A DNA stretch of 64,000 nt from Cyanophora paradoxa CCMP329. Lineage: Eukaryota > Plantae > Glaucophyta. The stretch spans positions 1 through 64,000 of the forward strand of contig QPMI01000523.1 of NCBI GenBank assembly GCA_004431415.1. The letters run 5' to 3'. Below the pieces are notes generated by a model that had not been told where the DNA came from, made no database searches, and was given only the letters and a program-made list of their open reading frames with translations. Positions within the stretch are counted from its first letter, which is position 1. Each line of letters starts with the position of its first letter. Below are positions 1 through 10,417 of the stretch, one piece after another. A program made the position numbers and the translations under genes.

Positions 1-2376
1 TCCCCCCCCCTTCCCCCCGCATCCTCAGACGTGGTCGATCGGCCCTCTGATGTGACGCGGGGGCCGTGCAGGGCTCTTCCTGTCGCGGAGCCTGGCGGGG
101 CTGCTCGGGGGCGACCTGAGTGTGGAGAGCGAGGGGCCGGGCCGCGGCGCCACCTTCACCCTCCGCCTCTGCCTCCCCGAGGCCCGCCCCCCGCCCTTTC
201 GAACTCGACTAGAAACTTAATTTCGATTCTGAAGCCTTCTGCATCTACGTTAGAGGCTGACATCGGGGGCAGGTGAAGGGCGGGGAGGGCGGGGGCGGGC
301 TGCCCCGGCAGGGCCCCGACCCGCTCCTGGCGGGGCGGCGCTGCGTGGTCGCCGTGCAGTCCGCCACCCGCCGCCGCTGGATCGCCGACCAGGTCCCGTC
401 GTCTCCTATCCTTGCTCCTGCATCTCGTTGCTGTCTAATTGCAAGCGACGGGCAGCTGGGGGCGTGGGGGGCGCGGGTGGAGAGCGCCCCGACGAGCGAG
501 GCGGAGGCGGCGGCGGCGCTCGAGGCCGCCCAGGCGGCCACCCCCGAGGGCCAGCCCCTCTCTCCATCCCGCGTAAACAGATTGAGATGGATTCTAATCA
601 CAGGATTCGACTTCGCCTGCAGGCGAGCCGGTGCTGGTCGTCGCCGACCTCTGCGGCCGGCCCCCCGCCGCCCCGCCCCGCCTCCGGTCCGCCCCGCCCC
701 GCACCGCCCCGCCCTCTCGTTTCCCTCGCTTCGTGCTCTCCTTCTTCGAATTCGTCTCACATCCCCTTCAGGTGGATCGCGCTGCGGGCGCCCTTCTGCG
801 CGCTGGAGTCGGCGCTGGGGGCGCGCGGGGCGGCGGGGCCCGTCCCGTGCTGGCGCCGCGCCAGCTCGCCCCCGGCCGCCCAGACCGAAGTCGACCTCGC
901 CGGGCGGGCGCCGGCCCCGCCCCGCGCGGCGCCGGCCCCGGAGGAGAAGGAGGAGGGAGCTCGAGGCCCCGCGCCCTGCACCCTCGTCCTCCAGAAGCCC
1001 GTCAAGCAGCAGTCCCGTGCGCGAATCCGATGGGACCTCTCAGCCGCGTCAGCAAGCGCCTGACAAGGGCGCGCAGTGCACCGGGCGGCGGTGGCCCTCC
1101 TGGCCCCCGCGGGGGCCGCCCCCGCACCCGCCGCGGCGCCCCCGAAGGACCGGCCCCTCGGTGGGCCGCACCCCGGCCCGCTTGCTCTTCGAATTCCGCG
1201 AGGTGACAGGGGCGCAGGGCGGCACGTGGGCGCGGAGCACCCGCTCCGCATCCTCCTCGCCGGTTCCTCCCCGCGCCCCTCCATCCCCCCCGCCGCCGCC
1301 CCCTCCACGCCGCCTCGCCCCGCCCCGCCTCGGCGCGCAGAGGACCAGCCGGTGAACCAGCGCATCGTCCTCCTCATGCTCAAGAAGCTGTGCGCGCAAG
1401 AGGCGGCCCCCGCACGCCCCGGGCCCAATTCCGCTGAGACGCCGGCGCTTGCGCTGCAGGGGGTACGACGGTGTGGACGCGGTGGCGAACGGCGTGGAGG
1501 CTCTCCGCGCGGTCGAGGCCAAGGCCCGCCCCGCCCCGCCCCGCCCCGCCCCGCCCCGAGCTCGAGCCCGCCCGCGCTTGCTCGATCGCGAGGCCTAATT
1601 GTAAGCTTCCGAGCTGACCGCGGGCCCCTCGCCCCCGCAGGAGTACGACTGCATCCTCATGGTGCCCCCCCGTCCTTCTCTCTAGATCTAGATCTATATA
1701 TATTTAGCTAGAGCTCTCGCGAGAGAGCCCGCCGGGTCGGCGTCCCTCCGAATCTAGAGCTCCTAGGCCTGCGAGAAGAGTCCGGCGTCTCTTCGATGAC
1801 ATCTATTTCGGGGGTTAACGTTCTCGCCAGGACTGGATGATGCCGGAGCTCGACGGCCTCTCCGCCGCCCGCCGCATCGTCCAGGCGCGCGCCCGCAGCC
1901 GCGGCTCCCCTCTAGATCTTTCGAAACGCCGCCCAGCAGCGCCAGCTCCTTACCGGCTTCGAATTCGGGCAGGAGCGGCCGGCGGGGCGGCGGCCGGCGA
2001 TCCTGATGCTGACGGCGAACGCGGGGCGACCCGACCGCGACCTCTGCCTCTCCGCCGGCGTCGACGGGTCCGGGGATCCGCCCGCGGCCGCCCGCCCCCA
2101 AATTAAAACTCCCCAGCCCCACCTACTCTGGCACATAGAACTCGCCCAAGAACGTTAACGCGCAACGCGCCTCTTGCCCCCCCCCCCCCCCCCCCCGCCG
2201 CCGCCCCCCCCGCGCCCCTCCCCCCCTCCCGCCCTGAAGCCTCGAGCTCGCGGGCGGGCAGGTACCTGACGAAGCCGGTGAAGCTGGAGGAGCTCGCCGC
2301 CGCCCTCGCCGACCTCCGCCCCGCCCGCCCCGGCCCCGCCCCTCCACCTTCCCGTCCCCGCGATCCCGAGGCCTAG
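1..2376 (+). CDS. Hybrid sensor histidine kinase, 3' part (HATPase_c end plus receiver domain), multi-exon, 5'-truncated by window
   Basis: Exon ~72-175 reads [33 protein letters not shown] (G2 box region). Later exons give [53 protein letters not shown] and [11 protein letters not shown] (receiver). TAG at 2374-2376. Confidence 0.85.
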
Positions 2377-2989
2377 GCGGAGGGCGCGGGGCAAGCTTAA
2401 GCGGGCCTCCCGCGCGCCCCCCGCATCGGCCCCCGCGCTCCCTCGCCCGAGCCGAGCCCCGCCCGCCCGCCCATGGCGACTGCCGAGCCGCGCGGCCGCC
2501 CGCCCACTCCCAGAGAGGCCATGGCCAGCAGCGCTAGCCGCTGAGCCCTCCGGTCCCGGTACCGGTTCCGATTCGAATTCACCCATGGCCAACATCAATG
2601 AAACGAACTTCAATTTTGTGTTTCTGTAATCTCTCTAGCTCTGTAATTTCCGAATGAGGATTGTGCTGACGCAGTGCTGAATTTGTGCATGCTTGGAGAA
2701 TTGTTCGAATTCGAGGGCAAAGTGTAAAAGCGGGCGCTGATCATGAATATCGATATCCCTGGACACAATGAACATATTCGAATTCTGCGATACTGAATTC
2801 GAATTCAGTTCTACTTTTTCTGAGACCGCTGTGCACGTGGGGCGAGCCCCCCGGAGGTAGTAATACTAGTGTACGTTTTAATATTCAAAGACTGACCGGG
2901 CGCTGAATAGCGCGGTCCAGTCACTGATCATGAGTCATTTCGCGATCGATATATACTAGTATATCGACTTGCCAAATTAAAGTTGTTCC

Positions 2990-3620
2990 GGCGCCGACTC
3001 GGCGAGCCGGGGCCGCGCGCCGCGCGCGGGCCGCGGGCGCCCCTCCGCGGGCCGGCGCGACCCGCGCGGGGCCGGCGCCGCGAGCCGGCGCGGGGCCGTG
3101 ATGGGACTCGGCCCAGTCACACTGATCATCATGGCATGAGAGGGGGCCGGCACTCCGCGGCCGGGAGTCTAGTCGGCGCCGACTCGCGATCGCCGAGTCG
3201 GCGAGTCGGCGGCGGGACCCGGGACTCCCTGACTCCCAAGAGTCTGGAGACTCTGGACCGGCGGGTCTCAAGAGTCCGGGAGTCGCCGACTCACCAAGTC
3301 GGCGAGTCGGCCGGCGGGCCGGGCCGCCGCGCCACGCGCCGCAGTGACGCGCGGCCCGCGGGGCTGACCGGGCTGACCCGCCCGGCCGCCGGGGAGTCAA
3401 ACTTCAAGGCTTGAGCCCGACTCCCGATCGCGAGTCCCGAGTCCCGATCGATATCCGATGATCGCGCGCGCGAGTCCCGATCGCGACTCGGCGACTCGAC
3501 TCCCGAGTCCCGACTCCGGATCCCGACTCGAGTCCCGAGTCCCGACCGTCGGACTCCTCGGACTCCCCGGAGTCCCGGTCCCGATCGAGATCTACCGCCG
3601 GGCCGGTAGATCGCGATCGG
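2990..3620. repeat. GAGTC/GACTC-rich low-complexity, self-complementary region
   Basis: Dense recurrence of gagtc, gactc, ccgagtc and cgatcg on both strands; no credible ORF. Confidence 0.5.
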
Positions 3621-3885
3621 CCGCATCATCGGCGGCGTTGCGTCATATTGTGACGGTGCGTCACGGCGTCACCACGTCATGGCGGTTGGCTACCGATCCA
3701 CGCGTACGGTCACTACGGTGATGTTTGTGATCGGAAAGATTCGAGTTTGGAACTTGATCATGATCGGAAGGATCGCGTGAATGGCGAACGTGATCCGATG
3801 ATCATCGCGATCGTGCAGAATCCTCAGGAACATTACGATAGCATGCAAAAAGATACGCGAACTCGGAAGATCCGATCCAATCAAT

Positions 3886-3947
3886 AGTATGGCTGCCACG
3901 GCAGCCTTGCTTACAGCAAGCTAAGCACAACATGTCTTGTCATGAAG
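3886..3947. repeat. Split direct repeat A, copy 1 (62 bp)
   Basis: agtatggctgccacggcagcc...catgaag, identical to 7705-7766. Confidence 0.95.
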
Positions 3948-4355
3948 TGAAGGTCTAGATTCGCGCTTGCCAAAGCCGCGAAGCTAAGATCATGACTCGC
4001 TCGCTCACAAGAAGGGCAAGCTGCAACTGCGCTCGAGGACATCAGCTAGCGCACGCTGCAGAGTGAGTCTTGCGGACGTAGAATGATTGAACATTAGTGA
4101 TCAATTGTTGATCAATTATTCATCAAAAGATATCAATGGTTGGCACTAACAATGGCTTAAAGATGACTGAAGGCATAGTAAACAATGGGCATTGCTAACA
4201 CACATTGAAAGCGGCTAAGCAAAGCCGCTCGAGCGGCTAGGGAACAAGCCGCTCAGCAAGTTACACAGCTTGCCCTCGCTTGTGAGCGAGGGAGACAAGC
4301 GCCGACAGCACAGCAAAGGCGCACAACTGCGAAGCAAGACTCTAAGACTAGACAA

Positions 4356-5356
4356 TCAACTACTGCGCCGAGTACGCGCGACTTGCTGCCGACATGACTG
4401 CAGCGAAGCTGACGGGCCAGCGTAACGAGCACCAGGCCTAGCCATGAGCGCAGCCAAGGGCGGGCGCTCAGCAGAATCGATATAGCGTCGGTAGACCGCT
4501 GACAACAAAGACCAGCGACCAACCGCTTGAACAAGCTCTTCAGGCACGCCCGCAGCAGCCAGAGCAGTAGCTCCACCGCGACGCAAGCCATGAGGTGTGA
4601 TACCAGTGGCGTCCAAGCCCGCCGCGTCAAATGCGAACCGGAGAACATAGGCCACGGTCTGAGCTGACAGAGAACGAGCTGCGTCCCGAAGCTGCCCAAA
4701 AAGAGGTGCGCCCGGATCCGCGAGCGCTAGAGTCCGCAAGTAGGTTCGAAACCAGAACACCGGACAGATGACCGACTCTGGGACGGCGCCCAAGACAACT
4801 TGCGCGCCTTGGCGACGACGATCGGTCTTGGAACCGGCAATGAAGAGCACGACGCGATCCGCGCGGATGGACACATCTTGCCGCCGGAGTGCCACGATTT
4901 CGCCACGCCGCAACAGGCCAAAGAAACCGGTAAGCAACATCACAAGGGCGCGAAGGAGCTTGTTTGAGGGGAACGAGCGTAGGTACGAGCAATCGCCTCC
5001 AGGTGGACGGACGTGACCAATGCAGATTGCTTTGCTGGTTTTCCACAAAGTCGGGCGATTCCTTGCAATGTTTGCAGCACAAGGGGGTGAGCAAATGCAG
5101 TAGTAGGCAACATCCTCTGCCTTGTCTGATGTAGCAGAGCAGAGTGACACTGGTCAATTGCTGAGAGACCGTACTCTTCATCAGCAAGAGCCACCAGCAG
5201 TGTTGCGACGCCAGAAGCTGTTGGTGGCCAGGCTGGAATGCAGTGAACCGCGCAATGGCCTTCATAGAGGACGACCCAGCGGGCGTAGAGGCTTTGGGTT
5301 CGCTCGCTCACAGAGTTTGTTCTGTAGAAAGTGACCCGGTTGAGCAGATCAGCCAT
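4356..5356 (-). CDS. Tyrosine recombinase of the retrotransposon (one frameshift near 4960-5000)
   Basis: GFFGLLRRGE (R), GSKTD (K), ICPV, HGLRRGGAT (HxxR), GRWS and YRRYI (Y) in ORF 4356-5150; N-terminal core-binding part in ORF 4940-5356. Confidence 0.9.
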
Positions 5357-5512
5357 ACGAGCACCTGCATCACCAGAGTCAAGGGTATGTCAGACTACAT
5401 TTCTTCTTCTTCTTTTTAAAGCCCCCCACTCAAGCTTTCTATCCCTGTTGCTGGACAAAGTAAGCTGAGCAGAGATGAGCAGGAGTTGAATTCTGCAGCA
5501 AGAGCCTTCAAT

Positions 5513-7476
5513 CTACTCCCACGACACATAAAGAGCAACAAGAATCCAGGAAGGTAACTGTGCCGAGCGAGGCCCGCGATAGCACACGTCATATGCTGGG
5601 CCAAGCACCATTGCAGGTGCACGCAAGGCAAGCTGCAACTGTGGCCACCATGGAGCTGAGGGCCACTGAGGGACAATAAAAACTGCCGAGGCCCTACACT
5701 GGCGGACATGTGACACCAGGTGCAAGAGGACATTTGGGTCCGGAAAGACGTAATTACGAGCACCACGCCAGGTTGCTGTAAAGCAATCATATCCTTCAGC
5801 ATGTCGATCATTCAAATCAATGGAAAAGTATCGATTTAGGTGAGTGTTGGCTGATGAGGCCATACGATCAATATCAAAAGGTCCAAATGTCCGACTGACC
5901 ATGGCAAAATACCCAGGTTTCAAAGAGTAGTCGGCGGGGTAAAAGTAGCGACTCAAAGCATCGGACCACTCATTGTCAACACCAGGAATGTGTTCTGCTT
6001 CAATGCTGATGCAATTGAGCAGAGCAATATCCCAAATTGCTGCTGCAACTCGGCAAAGGTATTCATGTCTTCCGCCACCATTGTTGATGTAGGCCACAGT
6101 CACTGTGTTGTCCGAGCGAACTAAGATGTTCTGATTGCGCAATAAACCTTGATAGTGCTGCATAGCGCGAAGCACTGCCATTAACTCGCGCCACGACGAA
6201 ATTTGCTGAGCGTCTTCTTGGTTCCACAGGCACTGGAATGGGGCAGGCTCAAGCTCCCAAGCCACAGGTTGAGCATCACCAATTCGGGTAGTGATCCAGG
6301 CTCCTGCACCAACATGGCTTGCATCCGTAGTCAACACAAGGAGCCTTTCAGGCCGAATAGGGCAGCGGCCATTGTATCGGTGGATGTTGGCCAGCCACCA
6401 CTCAAGTTCCGACGAGTCTCATTGGTGAGCTCCACTGGATGATTCCAATGCCATTCTCTTGCCACGACATTGATGTATCGAAAGAGGGACCTGGTCTTGA
6501 TGCGAGCTGGAGCCAAGCCCCGTGCCATGGACACAAGGGTGCCGGCGACCTTGGCCATTTCACGTGCAGATGCTGATTTCTTTTTCTTCAGAAGCCCTTT
6601 GATCAAAGCAAGCAGACGACCAAGCTTGTCTTGGGGTACTTCAAACAACATGCGGGCGGAGTCCACTATGAAGCCCAAGAAAGCCACCGACTGTGCTGGG
6701 GTGAGCTCAGATTTGCTGTTGACCACAAGCTTGAGGGCAGCAAATGTTTTGAGGACGAAATCCCGCAATTCACAGGCCTTCTCGTAGGTTGGAGCAGCAA
6801 ACCACCAGTCGTCAACATAGTTCACCACGAAGATGCCAAAGCGGCGGAAGTAGTTGACCACTTGTCGCATGATCTTGACGAATGCAAACGGTGAGTGCTT
6901 GAGGCCGAAGGGCAAAACTGTGTACACATAGAATTTGCTGTCAAACTCAAAGCCCATGTTCCGCCAGTCTTGCGGTGAGACTGGCACGTGGTGGTATCCA
7001 GATTCAAGGTCAATAGTGAACATGTACCAGCCTTGGCGCAGCATGGCTGCAACATGCTCAAGAGTCTCATACTTGAAGGGGATGTCCGGAAGGCCTTTAT
7101 TGGTAGGCCGGCCATCCCAGATGAGCCGCAACTTGGATCCAGTCTTCTTGGGCACCACGGACAGTGAGCAGACGATGTTCACTTGAGCTTCTTCAACTTC
7201 TCTGATCGCTCCCGTGCGCAAAAGCTTCTGAATTTCGGTTCTCACAAAGTCCTGATGGTCCACAGCCGCAGACTTGTGGTTGGCCCGGCGCTCTGCTGGC
7301 AGCCGCCTCGCTCCTGACAAAGGGAAACCACGCAAGATCCAGTTGAGCACGACATCATTGGCTCCAATCGCTCTCCACTGTTGGACTGCAGCTTGAATGC
7401 AGGATGCAACAAAGCCTCCTGCAAAGTGAGGTGAGGCCTTGCATTGGCAGACATGCCCAATTATCGCGGTGCCCAT
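5513..7476 (-). CDS. pol: reverse transcriptase, RNase H and DAM-like methyltransferase (frameshift ~6340-6400)
   Basis: RT: IDLESGYHHV, LPFGLKHSP, YVDDW. RNase H: TTDAS, WRELMAV, RSDNTVTVAYIN, HIPGVDNEWSDALSR. MT: IDRMAS...VFPDP...VPQWPSAPWWP. Confidence 0.92.
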
Positions 7477-7544
7477 CTAGCACTGCTACAGCTGATGGTC
7501 CATGCAGCCGCTGGCTTGAAGATGGTGACACGCGAACGGGAAGA

Positions 7545-7705
7545 AGCTTAGAGGCCTTGGCTGCGAAGCAAGACTGAGGCTTGTACCCCAGGGGCGCACT
7601 TATAACTTGTAAGTGCGCCCCTTGTACATATGTGCGTAAGCAAGGCTGCCTTTATTTGGCAGCCATACACTGCCCTATGCTACGCTGACGCTCACATAGG
7701 TTCGA
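7545..7705. repeat. Split direct repeat B, internal copy (161 bp)
   Basis: Identical to 9593-9753; abuts repeat A at a shared A (7705). Confidence 0.95.
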
Positions 7706-7766
7706 GTATGGCTGCCACGGCAGCCTTGCTTACAGCAAGCTAAGCACAACATGTCTTGTCATGAAG
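7705..7766. repeat. Split direct repeat A, internal copy
   Basis: Identical to 3886-3947. Confidence 0.95.
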
Positions 7767-8404
7767 AATATAAGAGTGAGCGTGTCAATGTGCTTGTTGG
7801 TTCAAGTCTTGAGCTCACATGCACACACAGTGCCACAATGCACCCACAGTGCCACAACACATTTGCACAGGCATGGACTTTCTGGATGAATGCGCCAACC
7901 TGCGATATCAGCGGGAACAGTTGGCATCATGGAATCTTCGTACCCTTGTGTACTCCTCACCTGCAAAATGCACTAGGTTAATTTCAGAGCGCCCAGTATG
8001 CGATAGCGACACACGGGAAGGCCGGAGGGGGCCAGGAGCTCGACAGCCAGCAGCACTCCTGACCTGTGCTGGAAACAGGTCAGTTGCCGGGAGTCAGCTG
8101 GGGCTCTGCCAGGTTGGAGTCATCCAGACGGCAATATATGCCACTAGCATTGAAAAGAAAAGTAGACTACAATCACAGTCACACTTCACAGTGTTAACAC
8201 ATGCAAATGCACACAGGACCAATGCATAAAGCCACAGCACGCCGGCGCCACCACGGCTGGTAATGACTATGCCGCACCCGGCCACAATGCCGCACCCGGC
8301 CACATGTACACCATCACATGAAATGGAAGCATAATACATGTATTGCATGTTTAGGGAAGCATACACGCACACTCTAGATCTTCTGAAGACTGCACTTGCA
8401 TATG

Positions 8405-9586
8405 CTAGCAATACTTATGCTTGCAAGAACACACCGAAACACTAGTATCTAGCGAAATGCGAAACGAAAACTGCGCGTCCACACAAGGGCGCGCACGTCT
8501 ACTTGGGGGGTCGCGCCAGCCGGGGCGCGGCTCGTTCGGGCAATCCTTCACGACATGCCCGGGCTTGTTGCAGCGGAAACACATCCCGCTGTTGCGCTGC
8601 GACGGCGGGCGATCGCGGCCCTGGTGCTGGGGCCGCGGGTTGGCGTGCTGCACATACGGGCGCCCGCCGGCGGCCTCCGGGCCAGCAATGTTGAGCGCGT
8701 GCGCCAGCGCCGCAGCCGTGCCCCGATACTCCTCTGGCACACCTGCCAGCCGCTCGGCAAGCTTGTCGCCGCCCTTGTCGCGAATGTCGATCCGCTTCCG
8801 GAGCTCGTCGAGGATTTTGAGGCTCTGCTTTACGTGATCGTAGCACGCAGTGCACGAAGAGCATCTCTTGAGCTGAAACTTAAGCTGCGATAGCTGCAGG
8901 GCAAGCTCACGAAGCCACGGGTTTTTGAGCTGCATAGCCTCATGGTTGTCTTTCTGCTGCTCGCCGAGCTGCTGCTGCTGCTGCTCTTGAAGCTTGATGA
9001 CCGCGCTATCTATCCCACGCTGAAGTAGCTCAGCCCACGCTGGCGGAAGCGCACCCGCTGCCGGTTTGGTCGACGTTGGGGCAGTCGAGTTGCCAGCGGG
9101 TACAGCATAAGGGCCTTGAAGGTGACGGGTGAAGCCGGTTGACGGGCCAGCCGCGCCCGGATCCACTTGCGCCAAGTTCGGAAAGTTGCGCGCAGCCACT
9201 TGCTCTTCCTCGTCGTAGGCGCCACCGAACTGCTCACGCTGTGCCAGTCTAACGGCAACGTCGTCCTCAGGTTCATCTTCTGGGTCGGACTGCTGCTGGT
9301 CCGGATCCGGCGACACGGCTTTCTCCTTGCCTTTGCGAGATCGCGTCGGCGGAGGTGCAGGCTGCTCCTCCTCCGCACTGTCGTTGGCCGGAGCTTGAAG
9401 ACGAGATGACGACCTCCGGGCCTGGGGCGCGGGGGTCGTCGCCGTCTTGGGTTTGGCCGACTTGCGCGCACCAGTGGCCGTTGACTTGCGTTTCTGCGCC
9501 GCCTCGGCACAGGCGACGAGCAGAATGATGGTCAAGACGACTACGAACAGAGGGGCCCACGATGGGCTCCTCCGCGAGCGAGCCAT
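8405..9586 (-). CDS. gag-like protein with CCHC zinc knuckle
   Basis: CFRCNKPGHVVKDC; ATG lies 7 nt downstream of repeat B. Confidence 0.8.
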   Translation of the reverse strand: MARSRRSPSWAPLFVVVLTIILLVACAEAAQKRKSTATGARKSAKPKTATTPAPQARRSSSRLQAPANDSAEEEQPAPPPTRSRKGKEKAVSPDPDQQQSDPEDEPEDDVAVRLAQREQFGGAYDEEEQVAARNFPNLAQVDPGAAGPSTGFTRHLQGPYAVPAGNSTAPTSTKPAAGALPPAWAELLQRGIDSAVIKLQEQQQQQLGEQQKDNHEAMQLKNPWLRELALQLSQLKFQLKRCSSCTACYDHVKQSLKILDELRKRIDIRDKGGDKLAERLAGVPEEYRGTAAALAHALNIAGPEAAGGRPYVQHANPRPQHQGRDRPPSQRNSGMCFRCNKPGHVVKDCPNEPRPGWRDPPSRRARPCVDAQFSFRISLDTSVSVCSCKHKYC

Positions 9587-9592
9587 GACCTC

Positions 9593-9753
9593 AGCTTAGA
9601 GGCCTTGGCTGCGAAGCAAGACTGAGGCTTGTACCCCAGGGGCGCACTTATAACTTGTAAGTGCGCCCCTTGTACATATGTGCGTAAGCAAGGCTGCCTT
9701 TATTTGGCAGCCATACACTGCCCTATGCTACGCTGACGCTCACATAGGTTCGA
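9593..9753. repeat. Split direct repeat B, terminal copy
   Basis: Identical to 7545-7705. Confidence 0.95.
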
Positions 9754-10417
9754 TTAAACTTGAAAGTTCAAACTTCACGTGAGTTAAAGTCTGCCCGCCG
9801 CGCCGGGCCGCCGGGGCCGTCCTGCCAGGCTGATTGGTGCACGTGTCAATTTGGTGATGAAAGTCTGCCCGGCCTGCAGGCTGCAGCCGCTGAGCTGCAG
9901 CTGACTCAACGGACTCCAGGACACGATCGGCTGCAGTGATTTGCGCACTGTTGCGCAGCTGCCCAGAGCTCGCCAGCCTGGCAGCTGCAGCCTGGCAGTG
10001 GCTCAGTGAGCTGCGCATGCACTGCGCGCGGCAGTACCGTAGTACTAGTACTAGCGCGGCAGGACTCGGGAGTCGGGAGTACGCAGGCCCTAAGGCCGGC
10101 GCGGCGCGCCTTGCAATTGCCTAGAAGGAGACAGCCTGGCAGCGACCATACAGTCTACAGACTACAGCCACCCTGAGCCACGGTCTACAGAAATCGATCA
10201 CAAACCTGTGGCCGCACATGCGAACTTGGAACGGCTAGCTGCAGCTTTACTAGTACTAGTACTGCGGCAGACCTGCGCTCCTGCAGCACGTGCATGCGCA
10301 TGCCACAGTGACTATAGCAGCATGCAACGGCCATGGCCAGCAAGTGTTGTGCAGATCATGATCAAACGCGAGCGCACTGCGTATACGTATACGCAAACGT
10401 GTGCTGTGATCATGATC

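Larger units (their letters stand above)
3886..9753 (-). mobile_element. PAT/DIRS-class tyrosine-recombinase retrotransposon with split direct repeats
   Basis: gag (CCHC), RT-RNaseH-methyltransferase and YR ORFs on the minus strand. Repeats arranged A...BA...B on the plus strand. No TSD; the inferred empty site is caatAttaa with a 1-nt overlap. Confidence 0.92.

Noticed and set aside
245-3721. Many long overlapping Arg/Pro/Gly-rich ORFs in GC-rich host DNA (here and at 15-20 kb and 47-64 kb)
   Set aside because: These arise from stop-codon scarcity at high GC; the real genes are spliced and use only parts of these frames.
4356-5356. Retrotransposon YR as the enzyme that integrated the PLV
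   Set aside because: YR integration does not normally create a 6-bp TSD, and I saw no shared sequence between the ends of the two elements.
3886-9753. Classification as Ngaro or as an LTR retrotransposon
   Set aside because: The methyltransferase domain after RNase H points to the DIRS/PAT group; there is no DDE integrase, LTR pair or TSD.
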